From assembly GCA_963514005.1 (NCBI GenBank), contig OY740809.1, forward strand, positions 33,418,001 through 33,482,000: 64,000 bases of DNA. Direction: 5' to 3'. A model generated the notes under the pieces. That model was given only the letters and a program-made list of their open reading frames with translations. It was not told the origin of the DNA and ran no database searches. The stretch comes from Raja brachyura. Taxonomy: Eukaryota. Position 1 is the first letter of the stretch. The number at the start of each line of letters is the position of its first letter. A program made the position numbers and the translations under genes. Of the stretch, positions 1-10,900 are shown in pieces.

Positions 1-539
1 CATCAATTTGGGTTATCGCCTTCATACTGTGACTTCTAGCTCTTGATTCTTCTACTAGTCAGAGGGGTTTCTCTCCATCTACTCTACATTTTAAAAACTG
101 ATAGTTGTGCTTTAATGTGATAGTTGTGTTCCTAAGAAACAGGATTATCAAAAGTAAAGGGCTTTTTAATACTTAAATTTATATTCATTATTGCAAGCTA
201 AAAATATGTAAGGCTGCATGTTACATTGTTTAATGTAACATTGTTCATTGCACAAATGTCAATAGAAGCGATTGATGTGTCAATTTCAATAACATGCCAT
301 GGTTAAAGTGGTAGCTGTCTTAAGAGACAATAGTGCCTTGATTACTGCAGGAAGGTTATACGAAAACAAGTTTTGGGTTAGGTTATTTACTTTCCACCTA
401 CAAATTTATTTACAGAATAGCTTTTAAGTGGTTCTCTAGTTCTCAATCAAAATTGCGGTATAACCAACTCTGCATGCATAATGCAAATAGTATTTCCTAA
501 ATCATCACTCACTTTGTATCGAATTAATGTTACGGAAAA

Positions 540-632
540 TAGACACAAAAAGCTGGAGAAACTCAGCAGGACAGGCAGCATCTCTGGAGAGAAAGAATGG
601 GTGACGTTTGCAGTCAAGACCCTTTTTCACAC
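540..632 (-). mobile_element. Short Penelope-like repeat with degenerate hammerhead core
   Basis: Reverse complement matches the family at 51682-51778 and 63189-63286. Confidence 0.65.
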
Positions 633-1128
633 CCTTCAATATTATGGAAATGCGCATTATAGCAGATTTTTAAACTTCTATCAGGGTTCCATCTCATTGT
701 TTCCCATTGGAAGTAGACCAGCTCAAGCTTCTCTTGTCCCTTCCTGTAATTAGTCTCTATCTTCCTAGCATAATTTTAGTAAATCTTTTCTACAACCTCT
801 TTAAGGCCGTTACATCTTTCTTATGGTAGTGTCTAAACTAATGTTTTATAAATATTCATCATAACTTTTATTTGCATTATGTGCCTTTGCTGTTGGATGC
901 CTAAGGTCCAAACCTTTTTAAACTGTTCTCTCAGTTTGTACTATTTGCTTCCCAACTACATTGCACATAAGGAAAACATTAGTCTGACATTGGGAAATCA
1001 GATGATCCTGAAATCTTGCGGTTTGTTTCGTTCATTTAAAAATAGTGCTTAAAAATTGTTCCTGGGAGCTATTGTATTTTACATATTTTTTTGTGATGTT
1101 TGGCCCGTCGGTCTCTTCTGGCTCACAG

Positions 1129-1261
1129 GGAAATCCCTTTTCCCTGGCAATTGCAGGGAGAATCTGTTAACTCTATGCACAGACGGCACTGGAGATCAGG
1201 ATTCTGAACCCGAGTCACCGGAGCAGGAAGACAGCACTCATTCTAGTTGCACCATTGTACT
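1129..1261 (+). other. Candidate upstream exon (133 nt), open and in frame with AUG1
   Basis: ctcttctggctcacag|gg acceptor, act|gtatga donor, GC-richer than flanks; KSLFPGNCRENLLTLCTDGTGDQDSEPESPEQEDSTHSSCTIV joins as ...L-L-I-M(AUG1). Confidence 0.5.
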
Positions 1262-1437
1262 GTATGATTTAAATGTCTGGTTTATTGAACAGCATTTCTC
1301 CTTCAATTCACAAATTTATTTTCACATGATTCTGTTGGAACTGATGAATTGACGCTGAAAAATATAATGTGTTGCAGTGTAACTTTTCGTAAAGATATGT
1401 ATCTAAGTGTTTATTTTGTTTTATTTTAAGGCTCATC

Positions 1438-1923
1438 ATGACAACAGAAATTAGCTTGAGTGCTGCCACAGGAAATCCACAGCAGCCAAGTTCTGAACAA
1501 GAGCCTCCCAAGTTTGACAAACCGGAAAGTCAGCCAAAGGAGAATCAGCAGTTGGAAGAGGTGGTGGACAAGCAGACGGGTGGAGACCAGAAAACGCCAA
1601 CAACACCAGTCAATGGTATTCCAACCAACACAGAGGAGGCAGCGAAGGAGCAGTCATCCGGCAGCAAAGGCTTGTCTCGTTTCTTGCCTGGCTGGTTTAA
1701 AAGACCCAAGTCTCAGATTTCAGAGGAGGAAAGTGGAAAGGAGGTTGGTGTCACTTCTGAACCCAGCAACGCAATACCAGAGCAACCACTAGATTCAATA
1801 AAGCAAACAGAAGAAGGCGAATTAGTTGAGCAAGGAGCACCTATTGCAGATCAGGAGCTGGATGATAACATTGACGAAGAAGCAACATTAGATTTGCATT
1901 CCGTTAGCAGTGCTGAAACTCAG
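1438..1923 (+). CDS. EPB41: EPB41 exon 2 (exon starts 1431; AUG1; U1 headpiece)
   Basis: ttattttaag|gctcatcATG acceptor and cag|gtaatt donor; MTTE...KGLSRF...KRPKSQ...[12 protein letters not shown]. Confidence 0.93.
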
Positions 1924-4900
1924 GTAATTGGTGCTTTTTATAGAATACATTTGTGCTTAATAGCCACATGATGTAAAAATGTATTTGTTTGTTTTAAGTC
2001 TGATCTTGCATGCAATGGGAACCTTTTGTTGCCACAAAGCAATGCTCCATGCAGAATTGCACTAACTACTCTGCAATAGCAATATCGTGCAAAAGAAATA
2101 TAAATCGGTGGAATGTTCCTCCGTGTGGAGCAATTGCTTTCTTTGAATTGAATGAAACTTTGGCTCGAGCACTATAATGTTGAAATAAATACCATATGCA
2201 TTGTAGCCAGGCCATTGTACTGGGGGAATAGCTTTTATTACATATCAAAATTTTAACTTGTTATCAATGTTAGTTAAAATTGTAATTTAAAAGTATTCTT
2301 GAATTTTCTCACTTGCTGCCATTTTTGTTCACCATTTTACCCTTGAATTGATGTCATGTATGTTAACATTGAAAGTCACTTTTAGACAGTTGCTTCTGTT
2401 TTGCAAGTATGAACAGCTTGCAAAGCATTGGTTTCCAAGACTAATCTTTGTCCTCTATGCAATCAGATGTTTGATTGAAAAGAAAGGTCGTAAAATGATG
2501 GAAACTCAATAAGACTTGAGAGAGGAATGAACCTTTTCATACATCTTTTAAAAATTGCTATTCATTTAAAAAAAATACACCCATAGGTGGGCTAAAGGTA
2601 ATTAATAAATGATGATTAAACCAAGATCATCCGCATAGCTACAGGGCTTAATGATTGGGATGAGGAAGGGTGTGTTCCATTTCAAGAATGGTTATGGATG
2701 GGTACTAGTTTCTCCATCCATTTATCAGAATAATTATGTTTATTTTAGTGCACAGCTTGTAAAGTTTTACCTGTGGATGAGAGCTTTATTGATGGTTTAC
2801 TGATAAATGTGGAAAATAAATATTTAGAAATAGAAAACCTTTTTATGTTGTCATTATTGAACTAGAGTTCACCTGATCAAAACAATGCAGTGATAATTAT
2901 AGCCTATGGATAATGGCAATGTTTGTTAATGATGGTTAGCTCAAAAATCCACCTGTGAATCCCAAGAAATTGATTCCTTTTTGTCTTGGATCATATGTAA
3001 TTTTTCCCCCATCGGAGTTATGATTGATTTTGGTGGTGTTGTCTTATTTAAATCTGATGGGCATTTGTCAATCATTGCTCTTTAAAGTATATTCATTGCA
3101 ATGTAAAAAGAAATGCGATCCTCAGGGCTGAAGACTCCTGAAATTCACATGATAATTTGTAACAGTTGCTTGACAATTTTGTTTGTTACAGCCAGCCCAA
3201 GAGGAAAAAGAAGATATTGGCCCAGAAAAGGCTTCTGAAGTTAAGGATGAAGTAAAGCTAGATGTTACTGAGGAAAAAACTGAAAGTACAGAGTTAAAAA
3301 CCAGTAAGGATTTAAAGCCGCCACTCAAGGTTGCCAAAAAATCAAAAACCATGCATTGTAAGGTGACTCTTTTGGATGAAACTGAATTTCAATGTGACGT
3401 TGAGGTAAGAATAATGCACTCTTTCTTGCATTTAATATATTCTCTGTGGCTTTCTGCTGTGACTAAGATTTTAGGTGTCAACTTGGCCAGGGAGGTTCAT
3501 AGATACTTCTAAAACCTTGTAACCAAAAGGGGGTCTGCCCAGTAATAGTCTGCATTGAAGATAAACTTCAAAGCAATATGTGTGAAACAAATTTTTATTT
3601 GTTTTCCCGCCTACTCTTTGGTCGTACTGCACTGTTCTCCAACTGAGAGGATGGGACGATAACCTGCCTCCAGGTATTTGCACCATTTAACTAGCCACTA
3701 GGTGTGCAAGAATGCTCTGGGGTGTTCCACTCTTTTTCTAATCCTCCCTTCACAAAATCTTCTGCACCTTTGGTTTGCAATTTCTTAGCTGTAAACCTAA
3801 ATGCTTAATCACTATTTGATGAGTTATATGAGAGAGGTTCTGCAGTGTGGTGGGACACCAGCTCACTATCATGAGTCTAGGCATCTTATTTTAGCAGAGA
3901 AGCACAAGTGAACCGCCAAGACCTACACTGTAATAGACTGGCGGGTTTGAAAAAGGTTTGAGAGCAGAATAGCTAAACCTGCCATGGATGAACTAGCTAT
4001 AAGGCTGGGTTTTAAAGCATGAGGAAAAATACTGATTTTGTTTATGACAATTTTGTCTTAGCTTTATATTTCTGGGAAAGAATCAGTAGGCTTTAAGTGG
4101 TAAAGTCACTTGTCTCTAAAAATAATATTGCAGTGTTACACACGAGTTGGTTATTTTGCATCAAATGCAGGTAAGCAATTTTCAAAAATAGCAAGAATGG
4201 ATTTCTATCCAATATGGATAGTTTGGTTTACCAAGCACGTTAGTTTTTCGTGAACTGGACTTCTGAGCCTAACCTTCCTTGATTGTCAGTGGATGCAAAA
4301 CCCCAGAGCTGAACTGCCCACACAGTGCATTATAGCTGCTTGAAGTGCTCATAGCATGGCCGAACAGTGGGTCCTCTCTAATTTTAATATCCAGGGAGAT
4401 GCATTAATTTTGCCAGTTGACGGGAGTCTGTTTAAATACAAAAGCTAAATGTCATTCCAAAAAAAGAAAAAAAATCAGACTTAACAAAGGGATGATAGTA
4501 ATCATTGACAAAGTCACCTCAATCATTGTTGTCACCAGGCTTAATTGTATATTGGCAAGTTGCAGATTACTTAAGTGCTGTTTTCTCAGATGCTACAACA
4601 AACAAGTCTTTATTTCAGTATTGTATTACTCAAGGTACTGTTGCTGGAACAAAATCTTTACTTGCACCGCCAATTGTTGTTCACAGTTTAAATGGGCACT
4701 GTAATAGAAATTGCACTATAAATTATGCTTCTCCAAAACCTCGTGACAACATGTGTAATTACACAGCAATAATGCATGTGCAATACTTGGTGATGTTGTA
4801 TGAATTGGCTTTAATATTGAGCATTAAAAGTGTTCCGCTTCTTAAATCATGGTACCGCAAACTGATACATATTAAAATACTATAATATATCCTTGTTGAT

Positions 4901-7900
4901 ACAGAGACATTCCAAGGGGCATGAGCTGTTCACTAAAGTGTGTCAACATCTTAATCTTCTGGAGAAGGATTATTTTGGACTGGCCTTTTGGGATTCAACA
5001 AATCAGAGAGTAAGAAACTTTATTTTATTTTCAAAATCAGGCAATATTCATGTCAAAATCTAGCCATCCTTTTTCTTTCTTATTGTGGCATTTAAAGTTT
5101 GATTTGATAATTCAGCTCAACCTGTCGGATGTAAGCAAGTAATGTTCATCTTTGAATTGTAAATGCAGGAAGTTCTGCTATGATGTGTATTTTCATACCA
5201 CAAATTGAATATTGATAAATCAGGCAGCATTATTTGTATTATGCAGGCCAAATTGGTTATGAAGCAATTTCTATTGCGAGTAAGGGAAACACTTAAGTTA
5301 TTTCAAAAATTGACAAGGAGAAAGAAAAACTGAATTGGAGGAGAAAAAACCCTTAGGGAGGGGGAAAAAACTGTTTCCATGTAATCTCCCTGTAATCGGA
5401 CATTGTCCATAAGAAACAGTCTGTCAGTTTCACTACAGGTGGCCCTTGTAACTGACAACCAATCACTTATTTTGACATGGGTGCAATGATACTCTGTTAA
5501 ACAATGTACTGTACATCCATTAGTGTTTTTAATATGCAGTAACAAAAAAGTTATAGCTGTTAAAAGGATATTTATGTTTGAAACCCTATGAGAGAAATAA
5601 ATTCTGTTACTGCTAATCTCCTTTCCCCACTAACAGTTGTTTTTACAGTTTGATTTTTCTATAACATAAAATTTCTTATGAATGCAACTATATCGTGGCA
5701 TAGTAGAACTTCTTAAATATAAAGAAAACCATGACATCATGGAATAATGGATTATTTGTATCACTTTTCTGGATGTGAATGGTATAGTATGCAAGTGCCA
5801 GAATTTATATATTCTTGCAAGCTGTTCCTTTCCTACGATTCACGGAATCATACCACACATAAGGAAGCCAAGTCTTGTGAAGACTCAACCAATTAGTATT
5901 CACTAACTCTTCTCCCCATAGTCTAGCATTTTTTTCCTTCAAGAATGCATCCAAGTTCCCTTTGAAAATAATTATTAAATCTGTTCTCACTGCACTTACA
6001 TTTAGCTCATTACAGTTAATTCATTACAGATCAGAGTAACTCACTACGTAAAAACAAAACTTATCTTATCTCTGGTTCTTCTATCAGTCATCTTCCAAAA
6101 TTGTACCTATGACCCTTGTGTCACTTACATCTATCTGTTTACTTCATCAAAACACTCTCTTATTCTGAACATATGTCTCTATTAAATCTCCCTGTAATCT
6201 TTTATGTGCCAGCAAAGGACAACATTGTTTTTAAGATGTTCTGTGTAAATAAAGTCCTTTGCTCCTTGTATTAAACAAATCTGCTCTGAAAATTTGTGTT
6301 GGTATTAAATGATGAAGTTAAGAAAGATGAGCAAATATTTAATAAGATTTGGCAAATAAGGTGTATCTGGAAAATGTTCCTGAAGGCGAATAAATGGATA
6401 GATTGGTAGTTTAGATTATTTATCAATTAACATTAATGGTGCAGGTATTCTATTACTTTAGTGCTTTTATATTAAGCATTTATATTGGCTTTCAACTAAA
6501 TGAGGAACAGGTTACCATTTAAAGTACTGTTGCAGGTTCTATAGAATGGGGCTCAGTATATTCCCATGATGAAGTAAATTGCATGGCAATATCAAGTTGG
6601 TAGATACCTGTGAGATGCTATTGGACTTGTAAATGCAGAACAGAGCATTGTGCAAGATAAAGTATGGCGAACTAGTGTTGAGACTATTTTTCCTATTTGC
6701 TCCTCCAGTAGTAGGTGATGTCTGTGACTGAGCCTGCTGTGTATTTCAAAGAAGTCGCGATTGGTCTGCATTTGGATTGTACACATAACATAAATACTGA
6801 GCACTTTATGAATGTTGTGTCATTTGAAACATCACATTAATTTTGCTTCCTATTGAGATGTGATTGCTGTGCAATTTGAGAAATTACTACTTTTTATCCA
6901 AAGTATTTTGTTCACGGGTTAAATGGTCTGTACGGTGATTTTGATTGTATAAGGAGTTCAGTTATCACTTTCCATCACAGTTGGGAGACAATAATGGATG
7001 AATGAACCCTCAGAGATAATTTCATTTCTATTTAGAACCATTTGAATGGCTAAATTATACCTTTGGTTTATTTGATGAGTAAGGTTAAATAGTGCTATCA
7101 AACACTTGTCATTATCCATGGGTTTTGAGAGCTGAATGTGATCTGAATAACTGAACATGGAGTCAATTGTGACTCCACAGAGTTGTAGTGCACATTATTT
7201 GTCATTAATGAGAATCTCATAGCATCAGAACACCAGGTATTACCTGATCTTTATTTATTAGTTCCATATGTTGAACATGTTGAATTATTTTTATAATCCA
7301 TTTGATAATCTGGCATTTTTAGCAAAAGGCAGCACTCTAAACTCCATGTGGGCATTTCAGCTCATAATATTTCATGATGGTAAATTGGGGACTCTGGGTT
7401 TACAAATAAAGTTTCATGTCAGAGTTGCCCTAATGAGGTATTGGTTTAAAGGTTGATTGATATGTGAAATTATCGGGAGGTTATAAAAATATTGTATGGA
7501 AACCAGATAGAATATACGTGGGATTATCAGTGACTTGGTCCCATGGATTCGGAACTGGCCTATTGATAGAATACAGAGGGTTGTGTGGAAGGACAATATT
7601 CAGGCTGTAGATCTGTGACCAGTGAAGCTCTGCAAGGATCCATGCTAGGACCTCTGGTCTTTGTGATACATATAAATGACCTGGACTTGAGTGTGGACGG
7701 CTTGTACATGTGTGTACATGGTAAATGGTAGGGTATTGAGGAATACATGGTAAATGGTAGGGAATTGAGGAATGCTGTGGAACAGAGGGATCCAGGAATA
7801 ACTGTGCATAGTTCCCTGAAGGTGGAATCGCATGTAGATAGGGTGGTAAAGAAAGCTTTTGGTGTGCTGGCCTTTATAAATCAGAGCATTGAATATAGGA

Positions 7901-10900
7901 GTAGGGAAGTAATGTTAAAATTGTACAAGGCATTGGTGAGACCAATTCTGGAGTATGGTGTACAATTTTGGTCGCCTAATTATAGGAAGGATGTCAACAA
8001 AATAGAGAGAGTACAGAGGAGATTTACTAGAATGTTGCCTGGGTTCCAGCAACTAAGTTACAGAGAAAGGTTGAACAAGTTAGGTCTTTATTCTTTGGAG
8101 CGCAGAAGGTTAAGGGGGGACTTAATTGAGGTCTTTAAAATGATGAAAGGGATAGACAGAGTTGACGTGGATAAGCTTTTCCCATTGAGAGTAGGGAAGA
8201 TTCAAACAAGAGGGCATGACATGAGAATTAAGGGACAGAAGTTTACGTGTAACATGAGGGGGAACTTCTTTACTCGGAGAGTGTTGGCTGTGTGGAATGA
8301 TCTTCCAGCAGAAGTGGTGGAGGCAGGATCGATTTTAACATTTAAAAGTAAAGTGGATAGGTATATGGACGGGAAGGGAATGGAGGGGTATGGTCTGAGT
8401 GCAGGTAGATGGGACTAGGGGAAAATAAATTGTCGGCACGGACTGGAAGGGCCGAGAAGGCCTGTTTCCGTGCTGTAATTGTTATATGGTTATATGGCTT
8501 GATTAGTAAGTTTGCAGATGACGCCAAAATGCTGGGATTGTGGATAGTGAGGAAGGCTATCGAAGTATACAGCAGGATATGGATAAGCTACAGGAATGGG
8601 CAGAGAAATGGCAGATGGAGTTTAATCCGACCAAATGTGAGGTGTTGAAATTTGGGAGGTCAAATGTAAGTGGAAAATATACAATTAATGCAATGACCCT
8701 TAACAGCATTGATGTACAAAGGGATTTTGGGGACCAAGTCCATAACCCCCTGAAAGTGGCAATGCTACTAAATAGTGGTAAAGAAAGCAAATGGTACGCT
8801 TGTATATAGGTTGGGGCATTGAGTGTAAGAGTCAGGAAGTTATGATGCGGCTTTATAGGACTTTGGTTAGGCTGCATTTGGAGCATTGCGTGTAGTTCAG
8901 GTTGCCTCGATACAGGAATGATGTGGAGGCTTTGGAAAGCTTGTATAGGATGTTTACCAGAATGATGCCTGGATTAGGAGGTATTGGCTATAGGTTGTTT
9001 TTTTTTCTTTTGAATATGCTAAAGGAGATTTATTTTATGATTTATAGTTGTGGCGACTTCACTAATATGTTGAACCCATTATTCAGGATTTGGTCCACAA
9101 TGTGATTTATATTTATATTTGTCAAACAAGCAGTTCATGTAACATTTTTTATGATTTCAGAGTTGGCTGGATCTTACCAAAGAGATTAAGAAGCAAATGC
9201 AGGGTAAGATATTTTCTCACCAATTCATCTAAAATCACGTATCTGGTTTACTCAATAGCAGGATTATATTGTCTGATGCATTCCAAAGCTTCTAAGAGCT
9301 TCTAAGCAACATAGAAACATATAAAATAGGTGCAGGAGGAGGCCCTTCTAGCCAACACCACCATTCATTGTGATCATGGCTGATCGTACCCGATCAATAA
9401 CCCGTGCCTGCCTTCTCCCCATTTCCCTTGATTCCACTAGCCCCTAGAGCTCTATCTAACTCTCTCTTAAATCCATCCAGTGATTTGGCCTCCACTACCC
9501 TCTGTGGCAGAGAATTCCACAAATTCCTAAATGATCCTTGAAGGATTGCCCACAGCTACTTGTTTATAAATTCGTCACTAAATGAATCTGAACATGTTGG
9601 TAATGTAACATTGGCAGAAGCAGTACTTTTATTTTGTACACATTAGGGATTTCATGATGGCTTGGATTTTTTTCTATTTTTATTCTGTTTTGCACTTGGA
9701 CGCATTCTCTCAATGGTCTCTCTGGATTTTAATGCCTTGAATATTTGTAAAATAAATGATCATGAAGGCCAGGTCTAGATCCTGAAGGTTGAATCAGAAC
9801 TTGCAACTGATGGGGGATGATGGAGATCACAGCCAGCAATGACTCGGAGAAGGGAATCTAGGTAATGCCGGGCCAAAGCTGCAGTAGAGCAATTGGGAAC
9901 TTGGGGACCAGAGCGAAAATATGGAGCAGGGTGGGTGGAGTTAAATGATAAACTGGACCAGGCTTGGTAAGTGTAGCGGTGCTGTGATCCATGGGCCAGG
10001 GTCACGATTAGGGGATGGGCTAGCGATTAAGTTAGAACGTGAGTTGAGGTTTGGTGGATCGTAGACCGTCCGGGTTTAATGACAACACATTGTTTCTTTC
10101 TGCTTCAGGTGGTCCATGGGATTTTACTTTCAATGTGAAGTTTTACCCTCCAGACCCTGCACAGCTGACTGAAGATATAACAAGGTGTACAGCTGTTTTC
10201 TCTTAATTTGTTTTAATCAAGATTATATTTGTTTATAATGTTTTTGAAAATGTTAAGTGCTTTGTTTGGGTATGCATGAGTACTAAATATAATTACCATG
10301 TAATTACTAATGTGTGTAAAATGATAACGTATGTAAATTTTGAGATCTTGTGCAAGTACGCTGATTTCACACCAGTAGAAATTAGAATACTTTAAGATGG
10401 TTAAATATAAAAAACGTGCTGGGCTGCTTTATAATTTGGTTAAAATTTTAACAACTATAGGGAGCTCAGTATTATTTATAAGGCTATTATTTACAATATT
10501 CCATAGTGTACTGAAAGCTAATGCAAAAATACGATTATTTAAAACTAATGAAACAAGCATTTATAGTTAATTTAACTATTTCCAGAACTGTTTCAAGAAA
10601 GACCTGGAATTTGCGGTAATAACGCCAGCAAAACTGTTGGTTTTCACAGTCATTACAGAGTGAAATTGACAGCAGTAACTAGGATGCATATTTGCATAGT
10701 TGAGAAAATCCCAGAAATATTTTGGTAATTCATTGTTCCCGACAGAGAGCACTGTTTTGCAACTTACCCCCATGATATTCTCCAACAATAAGTTGATGTA
10801 GACCTCGGGTATTTATCAAATATTGGTGCTCCAAAGTGTCCTGAAAACATTAGACTTTACTCCTGTAATGTAAGGGTTAAACCTTGCAGATATTTCATTA

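Noticed and set aside
1129-1261. This island as the intrasplicing 'intraexon' for exon 2
   Set aside because: An AG (ctag, about 1244) lies between the plausible branch point and the donor, and there is no pyrimidine tract adjacent to the donor; it looks more like an ordinary exon.
1924-3191. Equivalent of the small mammalian alternative exon 3
   Set aside because: No convincing acceptor/donor pair could be identified by eye.
7747-8418. 223-aa ORF as an independent gene
   Set aside because: It is the C-terminal part of a 5'-truncated CR1 ORF2.
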